DNA of 64,000 bases from Spirochaetia bacterium (GTDB taxonomy: Bacteria > Spirochaetota > Spirochaetia > SP-2023): NCBI GenBank assembly GCA_965263295.1, contig OZ253665.1:1248001-1312000 (forward strand). The letters run 5' to 3'. The position numbers and the translations under genes are program-made. Each line of letters starts with the position of its first letter. Within the stretch, counting starts at the first letter, position 1. The notes under the pieces were generated by a model, which saw only the letters and a program-made list of their open reading frames with translations, made no database searches and was not told where the DNA came from. This document shows positions 10,281 to 18,947 of the stretch, piece by piece.

Positions 10281-11165
10281 TTACTCCAAGGTAATCTGGA
10301 AAGCACAGCGGAACTCCTCGCCCGCCTTTAACAACTGACTACCTTCCCGCTCAAGTAAATTAATGCTGCTCCCCAGCGTCGGCGCAACGCCATACCACGG
10401 CTCAATACACAGGTAAGGCTCACAAGAAGCCAGATATGTCCACAACGTGCAGTATGGAAACCCCGCAAACGCGATACTAACCTGGCGCCCATCCTTAGAA
10501 CTGCGGATGCTGATGCGCTCGGAAAGCAGGTTTTTAAACACGATGGACCCTGCGGCAAAAAAACTGTGTCGCAGTTCTAGCCTGCGGCCCTCGGTGCGAA
10601 ACGCTACTGTCTCGCCACTCAATGGGCCGGCGCTGGTCTGCAAATAGCGAACGGTATCTTCTTCTCGCGCAAATTCCAGCTCGTAGTCACTAAAACTCAA
10701 GTCCGGCGCAATCGGAACGCGAAACGCCGTATGGCTGCCAATGGCAAACGGCATCAGGCGCTCTTTTTCCTTGTTGATCACACGATAACTGCATTCCAAC
10801 TCCGCGCCACGAATGCGATAACCTGCCTCCAAAGCAAATCGAAACGGATATTGCCTCAGGCTGTCTTCGGTCTCCTCCAGGCGGAAGAGCAGAAAGTCCC
10901 CTGCCGATTCAGCCAACTGCCATTCCGAACGACGTGCAAAACCGTGCTGCTTCATCTGGTAGTCGCGTCCCGCGAGCTCATATCGACCTTCCAATAGGGG
11001 CCCTATGATAGGGAACAGGATTGGCGCGCGCCCGTTCCAAGTAGCAGGATTACCCGGCCACAGGTATTCCGTCTGATGGTCGCGGCGCTGCATTGAACTG
11101 AGCTCGGCACCAAATGAATCGACCGCAATGCTCAATAAATCAGCTGAAATTTTATGTATCGCCAT
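10281..11165 (-). CDS. Aldose 1-epimerase family protein (LacX-like)
   Basis: GAELSS, APILFPIIG, QHGFARR, GSHTAF and CIEPWYG motifs. Confidence 0.9.
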   Translation of the reverse strand: MAIHKISADLLSIAVDSFGAELSSMQRRDHQTEYLWPGNPATWNGRAPILFPIIGPLLEGRYELAGRDYQMKQHGFARRSEWQLAESAGDFLLFRLEETEDSLRQYPFRFALEAGYRIRGAELECSYRVINKEKERLMPFAIGSHTAFRVPIAPDLSFSDYELEFAREEDTVRYLQTSAGPLSGETVAFRTEGRRLELRHSFFAAGSIVFKNLLSERISIRSSKDGRQVSIAFAGFPYCTLWTYLASCEPYLCIEPWYGVAPTLGSSINLLEREGSQLLKAGEEFRCAFQITLE

Positions 11166-11222
11166 GAAACTTTCCCCTTTTAATCCTCGACAACTCGATA
11201 TTAAATTGTTATTTAATCAATA

Positions 11223-12542
11223 TTAAAATGGTTTAAAATCTTCTCCAGGCTTGTGCGCATCAGTCGGGGCGGAGTTCTTTGAATGTTTCGCAGCCAGCTT
11301 GGCGCGGTCTCTGGCCAAACTCTCTGTATCGTGTTCACTCTCGACATCATTCAGGTTGATCTGCTGCAACTGCACCAACATTTCCCGTTTTTTGGCCATG
11401 ACCATGGTCTTGGTAATCCGCCCCTTGGGGCGGGGATGAGGGGGGGCATCTCCCACCTGGATAATCAAGCGCTTGGTCGAAAGCCACTTCAAGTCCGTCA
11501 AAGCCGAATAAATACCTTCATAAACCGCTTCGGGCTTGTCTCCCCCCCCATGTACCGTGATATTATCCAAAATTTTTTGCACCTCGGTCAAATCACTGTT
11601 AAAGTCAAAAGGTTTGACCAGATACTCTTCACCGTAATCGCGATATAAAACGACGCCAATCCGAAAGCCATCGAAACTGGCAATCTTTTGCTCGACGAGC
11701 GGAATCAACTCATTGCGCAAGAACTCAACATTGTCGCGCATACTGATGGTCGTATCCAAAACCAAGGCCACATCAATGTTGTTACGGCTCAGGTCGTCGA
11801 TTTTCTGGTCTATATTATTCAATGCCGAAATCGCTGCCGACGGCAAGTTTTTGTCTTCTTTCTTGACCAAAACTGGTTCGGCAATTTCCTCGGCGGGAGC
11901 CACTTCAGGCAAAGTTTCCACCGGGGTTTCACGTTTCTTCTCCGGGATATTGGACATCGACAACACAAAAGGGTTATCCCGATAAGCTCCTGAATAATCG
12001 GCGTAAGCCTTGCTGAAAGTACGGACATTCAACCAGGAACCCCGACCGATGGTTTTGCTGCCATTTCGACTCCATGGATAGCCGTAGACCACCGTAAAAG
12101 GGATAAAAACATGAAAGGCCCCGCGCGGAAAATACGGGTTACTTTGCGGAGTGGAGTCGATCAGAGAATGCAAGTTTGCAGGCAAAAACTTGCCACTTAA
12201 CAAACGCTTTTCATCGCCATTGTAGCCGTTATACGAAGGTGCCCGCAACGCGTAGACGTGCTGTTTCCTCGCCGGGTCATCCGTGTGATCTGTAATCAGG
12301 ATAGAGGCTATATCCGGCTTGTTTTCAACCCACAAGTGGAGTCCTTTGTCGCCGGGCCTATACTCAATATAGAGCTCCCCCGGCTGTAGAGCGATATCTT
12401 CCCCCGTTGCAGCCCCTTGGGCCGTAAGCTTAAAGCAAATCAGGGCCAAATACAACGCCAAATAAACGGAGAAAAATGCGATGCTAAACCGGGAATGTAT
12501 TCGAATACCTAGCTGCTTCATATCCCCCTCCCGAGCTGCCAT
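11223..12542 (-). CDS. Exported VWA-domain protein, spirochaete type
   Basis: N-terminal hydrophobic segment, MIDAS DTTISM, YRDY, GGGDKPEAV and GDAPPHP. The start may be the internal MKQLG, which has a GAGGGGG SD. Confidence 0.85.
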   Translation of the reverse strand: MAAREGDMKQLGIRIHSRFSIAFFSVYLALYLALICFKLTAQGAATGEDIALQPGELYIEYRPGDKGLHLWVENKPDIASILITDHTDDPARKQHVYALRAPSYNGYNGDEKRLLSGKFLPANLHSLIDSTPQSNPYFPRGAFHVFIPFTVVYGYPWSRNGSKTIGRGSWLNVRTFSKAYADYSGAYRDNPFVLSMSNIPEKKRETPVETLPEVAPAEEIAEPVLVKKEDKNLPSAAISALNNIDQKIDDLSRNNIDVALVLDTTISMRDNVEFLRNELIPLVEQKIASFDGFRIGVVLYRDYGEEYLVKPFDFNSDLTEVQKILDNITVHGGGDKPEAVYEGIYSALTDLKWLSTKRLIIQVGDAPPHPRPKGRITKTMVMAKKREMLVQLQQINLNDVESEHDTESLARDRAKLAAKHSKNSAPTDAHKPGEDFKPF

Positions 12543-12742
12543 GAATCACTATTGTTCTCAGCAATCTCCAAAATGGGAACTCTTTTTGCTCGCATTTATG
12601 TTATTTAGCAAAAAAAAGGAGAAAAACAAGCAATTTTTTAAAAAAATCGTCCGTTTTTTATTCATTTTTTCTCCTTTTGTAACAATAGGAGACAAGACAT
12701 ACAGATGGACAGGCCAATAAGGCGCGAGAACAAAAAGGCCAA

Positions 12743-13873
12743 ATGGCTTATTTCCTACAGTCCTGTATGACTTTGATCAAAGCACGGGAGAATAGAAATT
12801 TGGTCCGACTCTTATCCTGCAAGCCGCCGCGGCATACAGTTGTTGTATTTATTATTTCGCTGTTACTTCAAAGCTGCAAGCTGGATCCCAACGCAAGAGT
12901 TCTGGGGCTGGCCCCGCGCGACACAAGCCCCCCCGTTCTAACGAGTCGACAAAGTTTTGAAGATCACTTTATACTGCACTTTGATGAGCCCCTGAAGGCC
13001 GCTAGTCTCTGCAAAATCAAGCCTCAATTGGCTTTTAATCCAGAGGAAGTCGCCCACATTAGCGGCAAAACTCTGACCATTCAGCTCAAAGAGAAAACCA
13101 TTCCAGGGAGATCTTATCTCATGCAGATTTCCGTCGCAGACAACCATTACAACACCCTGAATTTCCTGCTGCGCGTCTATGGCAAAAATAGCAACCCAGC
13201 CCGCCTGCTAATTAACGAGCTGAACCCCGAAGGCAGTAAAAGTTCAAACTCGCCAGAACTTATCGAATTTTACGTACTGGAGGGCGGCAATATCGGCGGC
13301 CTGACTTTTACCGTTGGAAGTCTGGAGGAAAACAAAGGCGATTTTGTCTTTCCGACGCTGGCTGTCTCCAGCGGCGACTACATTCTGCTGCACACTCGCT
13401 GGGACCCCCAAAATAAATATGATATCCGGCGCGTGGACGAAACGCAGAGCAAAGACCAGGCCAACGCCCGCCTGAGCAGCGACGACGCCTGGGACTTTTG
13501 GGCCGACAAGATATCGGGCCTGAGTAGTACCAACGGAGCCCTGGCTATCTATAAATCACCTCAAGGTGGCCTGCTGGATGCCGTGATCTACTCGACTTCA
13601 GAGACAGCTGAACGCTATCGCGGCTGGAAGACTTCTTACCTTGAGCGTCAGGTCGACCGCTTGGCAGAACTAGGGGCCTGGCGAGGAGAAAATCAGCTGC
13701 TTGTACCCGAAGATGCCATTCGTTCCAAAGACTCTAGTGGCACGCGCAGCCTTTCGCGTGTACACGATGACGGCATGCCCACAGACACAGACAGGGCAAC
13801 AGACTGGATAGTAGTGCCCAACGGCAAATACAGTTTTGGCAGAGTCAACATCCTAGAACGTTATATAAAATAA
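12743..13873 (+). CDS. Lipoprotein with Ig-like and lamin-tail-like domains
   Basis: Lipobox LLLQSC, DTSPP...FDEP (Ig-like) and LLINEL...ELIEFY (lamin-tail-like). Confidence 0.65.
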   Translation: MAYFLQSCMTLIKARENRNLVRLLSCKPPRHTVVVFIISLLLQSCKLDPNARVLGLAPRDTSPPVLTSRQSFEDHFILHFDEPLKAASLCKIKPQLAFNPEEVAHISGKTLTIQLKEKTIPGRSYLMQISVADNHYNTLNFLLRVYGKNSNPARLLINELNPEGSKSSNSPELIEFYVLEGGNIGGLTFTVGSLEENKGDFVFPTLAVSSGDYILLHTRWDPQNKYDIRRVDETQSKDQANARLSSDDAWDFWADKISGLSSTNGALAIYKSPQGGLLDAVIYSTSETAERYRGWKTSYLERQVDRLAELGAWRGENQLLVPEDAIRSKDSSGTRSLSRVHDDGMPTDTDRATDWIVVPNGKYSFGRVNILERYIK

Positions 13874-13892
13874 GTATTTTGTTTGGTATATA

Positions 13893-13920
13893 TTGGAGCT
13901 TTTCTTGGGATTTCTATAAT
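13893..13920 (+). promoter_or_regulatory. Sigma70 promoter for ansA-tag; likely leaderless
   Basis: TTGGAG-16 nt-TATAAT, then 8 nt to ATG 13929; no SD. Confidence 0.55.
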
Positions 13921-13928
13921 ATCCAGTC

Positions 13929-15035
13929 ATGAAAATCCTGATTCTCGACAGTGGTGGAACTATTTCGCAAAAGCCCGATGCCCAAGGCATATACCGCCCA
14001 AGTAGCGAAGATTTTTTGGGGCCAAACAGCGCTCTACGAAAGAAACTGGAGTCGCAACCCGAACTGGAAGCTATTGAGCTCATCCGCCTCAAGCGCATTG
14101 ATTCCTCTGTCATGGACCTCGAATATCGCAAAAATATGGGCCGTATTATTGCGGAAAATATCTCTGCTTACGATGGCTTTGTCATTATCCATGGTACAGA
14201 CACAATGGCTGAAAGTGCCGCCTGTCTCAGTTATATGCTGCGGGACCTGGGAAAACCTGTAGTGCTTACCGGCGCCCAACTCTCCTATTTTGAGCGCCAG
14301 CGCGCATCGGATGCCGAACGCAATATATTTTATGCGGTGCAGTGTGCGCGTGAAGATTTTGGCGAAGTATTAATCTTTTTCGGCCACATTGCCATACGCG
14401 GTACCCGAGCCTATAAAGAAAATAGCTTCCATTTTGATGCCTTTGCCTCTAGTTCTCTGCCCCCCCTGGCTGAAGCCGGTACTATGCTGTATCTATACGA
14501 GCATCGAGTTCGCCGCAGGTCAAAAGAAAAACCCAGCGAACCTAAAACATTACAACTCTTTAGTCAATTCAACCCAAACATAGCCTTCTTCACTCCTATT
14601 TCGGGGGCTCATAACGACAAACTACTGTATAAACTGGCCGCTGAACCAGAAGTCGAAGCCATCCTGCTCACAGGTTTCGGTTCAGGCAACTTGGGACCTC
14701 AATACTTGGCTGGCATAGAAGCCGCTGTAAACCAGGGCAAGCCAGTCTGTATAGTTTCGAGCTGCATCGCTGGAGTCGGGGGCTATGCTGCCACCAGCAA
14801 ACATATTCATTCCATGCCAGATCCCAATATAGGATTGCCTTCGTCTCCCTATTTGAGCGGAGCCATGCTCAGCCAGGCCGGAGCCTGTCATGTACAAGGC
14901 ATTACCAGCATCGCCGCCGGGCAAAAAATGATGTATGCCCTAGGTCGAGCCCAAAGCGAAGGGCACCGTGGCGAGACTTTGCGGCAAAGGGTCTATCAAA
15001 TTATGCGCACTCCGCTCTGTGGAGATATCTTATGA
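13929..15035 (+). CDS. ansA: L-asparaginase type I
   Basis: GGTIS, IDSS, HGTDTM, VVLTGAQ, SDA and GFGSGN motifs. Confidence 0.9.
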   Translation: MKILILDSGGTISQKPDAQGIYRPSSEDFLGPNSALRKKLESQPELEAIELIRLKRIDSSVMDLEYRKNMGRIIAENISAYDGFVIIHGTDTMAESAACLSYMLRDLGKPVVLTGAQLSYFERQRASDAERNIFYAVQCAREDFGEVLIFFGHIAIRGTRAYKENSFHFDAFASSSLPPLAEAGTMLYLYEHRVRRRSKEKPSEPKTLQLFSQFNPNIAFFTPISGAHNDKLLYKLAAEPEVEAILLTGFGSGNLGPQYLAGIEAAVNQGKPVCIVSSCIAGVGGYAATSKHIHSMPDPNIGLPSSPYLSGAMLSQAGACHVQGITSIAAGQKMMYALGRAQSEGHRGETLRQRVYQIMRTPLCGDIL

Positions 15036-15646
15036 CGACCATGCCTTCCAACGCTCTCATCAGATGCCCTTGGGCGGCAGGCCGAGGCAGCAAAGAGAGC
15101 CAAAAACGCATGCAGGACTACCACGACCGCGAATGGGGTGTCCCCATGCATGACGAAAAGCGACATTTTGAGTTCCTACTGCTTGAATCCTTCCAAGCTG
15201 GACTAAGTTGGCAGACCATATTAGATCGCCGCGAGGCTTTTCGGGTCTCCTTTGCCGACTTTGAAGCCAAACGAGTCGCCGGCTTTGACTCTAGGAAAAT
15301 AGATCAACTGCTGCAGGACAAAAATATTATTCGCAACCGCTCAAAGATTGAAGGGGCCATCCACAACGCGAACTGTTTTTTACAGATCCAACGCGAATGG
15401 GGCGGTTTTGATGCCTATATCTGGCATTTTAGCGAAGGCAAAAGTCTGCATAACCAATGGTATAAACCAGAACAAATACCAAAGAGCAGCCCTTTTTCCC
15501 AAGTCATCGCCCATGATATGAAACGTCGAGGTTTCTGTCGCCTCGGCGCTATAACTGTCTATGCACATCTGCAAGCGATTGGCGTAGTCAACGACCACTT
15601 AACAAACTGTTTTCGTTACCATCAACTCTGCCATAAAAGTACTTGA
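15032..15646 (+). CDS. tag: DNA-3-methyladenine glycosylase I
   Basis: RCPWA, YHDREWG, LESFQAGLSW, IIRNRSKI and NDHLTNC; ATGA overlap with ansA. Confidence 0.95.
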   Translation: MTTMPSNALIRCPWAAGRGSKESQKRMQDYHDREWGVPMHDEKRHFEFLLLESFQAGLSWQTILDRREAFRVSFADFEAKRVAGFDSRKIDQLLQDKNIIRNRSKIEGAIHNANCFLQIQREWGGFDAYIWHFSEGKSLHNQWYKPEQIPKSSPFSQVIAHDMKRRGFCRLGAITVYAHLQAIGVVNDHLTNCFRYHQLCHKST

Positions 15647-15692
15647 GGGTTAATGCAAGGTATTTTTTGAACAGATTCTAACATAAAAATCA

Positions 15693-15720
15693 TTGACAAA
15701 GTGGTACATTCCTATATAAT
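15693..15720 (+). promoter_or_regulatory. Consensus sigma70 promoter of the tRNA operon
   Basis: TTGACA-16 nt-TATAAT with an AT-rich upstream tract. Confidence 0.85.
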
Positions 15721-15800
15721 TTATACAAGTTGAGGCTTTACTTAAGCTTATCCTTGTGTGGGAGGGGATGAGTGCTCTCCAATTGTTTATTTGTTGTTAT

Positions 15801-15872
15801 TTCCCGATGGTGTAATTGGTAACACTACAGATTCTGGCTCTGTCATTGGGGGTTCAAGTCCTCCTCGGGAAG
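15801..15872 (+). tRNA. tRNA-Gln(CTG); CCA not encoded
   Basis: Acceptor stem TTCCCGA/TCGGGAA, anticodon arm ACAGA-TTCTGGC-TCTGT, T arm GGGGG-TTCAAGT-CCTCC. Confidence 0.95.
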
Positions 15873-15897
15873 TATTGGGGAAATATTTGATTTGTCT

Positions 15898-15969
15898 GGT
15901 CCCTTCGTCTAACGGTTAGGACAGGAGATTCTCATTCTTCAAATAGGGGTTCGATTCCCCTAGGGACTA
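15898..15969 (+). tRNA. tRNA-Glu(CTC); CCA not encoded
   Basis: Acceptor stem GGTCCCT/AGGGACT, anticodon arm GGAGA-TTCTCAT-TCTTC, T arm AGGGG-TTCGATT-CCCCT. Confidence 0.95.
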
Positions 15970-16208
15970 ATTAAATCAATAAATATCTGCGGCACTCCGG
16001 TTCATTAGCGCTTCCCCCGTGAGCAATTTAAGGTGACCTAATGAGAAAATAAATTAATAAATACATTATTGCCTTTACAAGACTTATGGCGCTGCTGGCT
16101 AGGCCACCGAAAGATCGCAAGATTTGTTTGACTCGGCTCAAAGCTTACAAAAGGGAATTGCCTTAAAATCATCCTCGCCTGTTATCGGTTTTTATACCTC
16201 AGGCTTCA

Positions 16209-17603
16209 TTGGGGGGGAATGTGATGAGAAAACACAAGGACCAAGTCTCTGTCAAATTACCGCCTCAACCGTATCATCATTATAGCTACGTAACTAGTGT
16301 AGTTTTTTTATGCTTTTGTTTACTCTTGTTTACAATCCAGAGCTGCAAGTCATCTGTGAGTGAATCCCACAAAGAGGCTCTAAAAATTTTAAACTCATTT
16401 CAGCAAGACGAAACCTTAAACCTCGTCTGGTCAGAGATTTTTCGACTGTACCATCTACGCAGCGACAAGAAACCGACTCTCGTACAAACTTTAGAACCGC
16501 ATAACTTGCTCTACCGTATCAAACAACTGGAAACTATCAATAGTCTTCCCAACTTAATTTACCTGGATCCGAACAGCTCGACCGGACGTTACCTAATCAG
16601 TCACAAGCTTTTGCAAGATCTGCATATGGAACAGAAAAATGGTTATCTATCAAAACTGCCTTTTTCTGATCTCGCCCTCGTTTCCCAAGGTTCAGAAGAG
16701 AACATACTGTGGGTTCTCCCCATGGAAATTGAACTCAATGGCATTTTGTTCATAAATGACCGCCTGTTACAAAAAGAAGACTTGAGAGTACCGGAAACGA
16801 TGGAAAGCCTAGAAAAAAGCGTCCGTATTCTAACTGAACGAGGTTATGAGCATCCCTTGGTTCTGGGACATAACTACAACAAAAATATTCTCAATAACCT
16901 GCTCGGCACAATTGTAGGTCGCCATGCTAATAAGAACTTTTTCAAAAGTGCGCTCTCTGAACCAGAGTTGTACCGGGGCCAAGAGTTCCTAAGCGCCTTG
17001 CAATTATACCGCGATTACCTGTCTAAAGATGGGATACTACCCTACAAGGTTCGGCGCCTGGTCTATGGCGAAGGTCTAGTTCTCTTTAATATGGAACGGG
17101 CTGTTTTTTTACTCGGCAATTCCGCAGATGCAGAAAATTTCATTCAAAGAGACAGCTTTCGTAACTCTATCAGCTGGTATCCGCTACCAGCTGATAGAGC
17201 TCTTCAGGGAATTGAACAGCAAAAAATTTTACCGGGGAAGATCCAGCCTGGCTACGGTATTACCACTATTACCAAGCAAAATCCACAAATCCAGAGTCGT
17301 GCTGTTGAATTTCTCAATTTTATGTTTACCGATGGAATTCCAATTTATGCCCAATATGCCCACAAAGCCTCTGAGCACAGGATATTCAGTGTTCCTGTCC
17401 AATTAACTGACCAGTCAGCCTTTTATAGAAAAAAACAGGAATTTTATAGCCATATCCCTAGCTTTATTGATGAAATTCAAAACTCTATCATGAAAGAAGA
17501 CTACGAATTTTTGGAACCGTTTATGGAAGATGTACTCAAAGGCTCTAAAAATATTGATCAAGTTATAAATATCTTCTATACCAATGCGATCAAACAGAAC
17601 TAA
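16209..17603 (+). CDS. Orphan ABC extracellular solute-binding lipoprotein (family 1, sugar-type), divergent
   Basis: Lipobox TIQSC; LPNL, lP...FIN..LL...L.VPET.E.L and F..ERAVF segments. The start is probably GTG/ATG at about 16221-16224. Confidence 0.65.
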   Translation: MGGNVMRKHKDQVSVKLPPQPYHHYSYVTSVVFLCFCLLLFTIQSCKSSVSESHKEALKILNSFQQDETLNLVWSEIFRLYHLRSDKKPTLVQTLEPHNLLYRIKQLETINSLPNLIYLDPNSSTGRYLISHKLLQDLHMEQKNGYLSKLPFSDLALVSQGSEENILWVLPMEIELNGILFINDRLLQKEDLRVPETMESLEKSVRILTERGYEHPLVLGHNYNKNILNNLLGTIVGRHANKNFFKSALSEPELYRGQEFLSALQLYRDYLSKDGILPYKVRRLVYGEGLVLFNMERAVFLLGNSADAENFIQRDSFRNSISWYPLPADRALQGIEQQKILPGKIQPGYGITTITKQNPQIQSRAVEFLNFMFTDGIPIYAQYAHKASEHRIFSVPVQLTDQSAFYRKKQEFYSHIPSFIDEIQNSIMKEDYEFLEPFMEDVLKGSKNIDQVINIFYTNAIKQN

Positions 17604-17654
17604 CAATTAGATAATATTCATAAATAAAAATTTAAAACGTTAGGATATTGGATA

Positions 17655-18638
17655 TTGCAACAGATATATTCTAATAACATAATTCTTGGAGGTGCCCAGC
17701 TCGGTTTGCGTTACGGCATCACTAACGGGCATTTCCTCTCCCGTTCCGAACTTTACGAAATCCTGGATAAGGCAGCTTACCTGGGTTTAAACCGCTGGGA
17801 CTTGGCGCAAGCTTATGGCGGCGCGGAGAGTCGGGTAGCTCAGTGGTACCGTAACCGGAATTGTCGCACAAACAGACAGCTCCAGATCGGCAGTAAACTC
17901 CATATATCGCTACCGTTGGCTGAGCGACAATACGAGCGGCTGCGCCGCTGTGTTCAACACAGCCGGGCCCTGCTGGGCAAACTGGATTACTTACTGTTAC
18001 ATTCGGTGCAAACGGAACAGCCGCAACAGCAATTGGAACAACTACAGCGACTAGCCGAATCCGCGGGTGCTCGCCGCTTTGGAGTTTCCTTATATTATCC
18101 GGCTGAATTGGAAAAACTAATGTCGTCGATCGCTTGCGGCGTTATTCCCTTGCCTCAAATCGTACAGCTTCCTTACAGCATAGTAGACCGCCGTTTTGAA
18201 TCTTACTTTTTCCAGCTGCAAGAGATGGGTGTTGAACTACAGTTACGCAGCCTTTATCTGCAGGGGCTATTATTTGAGAACGAAACTAAAATACCGGCCT
18301 ACAGTCGTCAATTTGCCATGCCCCATTTATTGAACGAACTGCGGCCAATCCTCAACACTCTAGGCGATATAGAGCTCAATCACTCCCAGTTATATCGTCA
18401 AGATATCCTACTCTACAATGGCCTGAGACATATAAGAACGAAATCGGTCAAGGTCCCTGCCACTTACCTGGTTATCGGGTTGAGTAGTACGCGGGAACTA
18501 CTCGCGCTAAACAGCAGTTTACAGCGCATCGCCAATTGGCCAGATTCTTTACTCACAGACGTGCACAATATAATCGCTGCAATAGGCGCCCAGGCTAGCC
18601 AACTCAGCGAGAAGCTCCTCGTTCCCGCACTCTGGTAA
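17655..18638 (+). CDS. Aldo/keto reductase
   Basis: LGGAQLGLRYGITN, DLAQAYG, SKL, LLLHS, GVSLY, QLPYSIVDRR and RSLYLQGLL. Confidence 0.85.
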   Translation: MQQIYSNNIILGGAQLGLRYGITNGHFLSRSELYEILDKAAYLGLNRWDLAQAYGGAESRVAQWYRNRNCRTNRQLQIGSKLHISLPLAERQYERLRRCVQHSRALLGKLDYLLLHSVQTEQPQQQLEQLQRLAESAGARRFGVSLYYPAELEKLMSSIACGVIPLPQIVQLPYSIVDRRFESYFFQLQEMGVELQLRSLYLQGLLFENETKIPAYSRQFAMPHLLNELRPILNTLGDIELNHSQLYRQDILLYNGLRHIRTKSVKVPATYLVIGLSSTRELLALNSSLQRIANWPDSLLTDVHNIIAAIGAQASQLSEKLLVPALW

Positions 18639-18643
18639 AAATG

Positions 18644-18679
18644 CCGTGTCGTCGCCCGTGTCGTCGCCCGTGTCGTCGC
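18644..18679. repeat. 12-bp tandem repeat (CCGTGTCGTCGC x3)
   Basis: Three perfect copies immediately after the AKR stop codon. Confidence 0.95.
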
Positions 18680-18947
18680 CCAATGGCCAGAAGCGTAAAG
18701 CCGTCGCGCCTTCGCGTTGAAACATTGACAATTAATTTGCGCCCCCAAATCATGCGCTTGAAGATAACCATATTTCATGCGCGAGGACAATTATTTGTGG
18801 CCGTTGTTTGCCCTTCCCTCGCAGTGTCCCCCAATATCTTGCGTAAAAACGATAATTTGCCTATTTTACGACCATGCTTTCAGTGGCTATGACCACCCTG
18901 TAAACAGGGATTTCAGCCGTACTGACCCCGTCAGTTTTGAGGTATTT

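Noticed and set aside
12614..12678. 13-bp inverted repeat AAAAGGAGAAAAA / TTTTTCTCCTTTT in a divergent promoter region
   Set aside because: It is low-complexity sequence in an A/T-tract region and I cannot assign a function.
12705..12770. 21-codon upstream ORF whose stop overlaps an in-frame ATG of the lipoprotein gene (ATGA)
   Set aside because: The SD is 13 nt away and the peptide has no telling features; this could easily be chance.
18644..18679. Repeat as a CRISPR array or iteron
   Set aside because: It is a head-to-tail 12-mer with no spacers and no rep gene.
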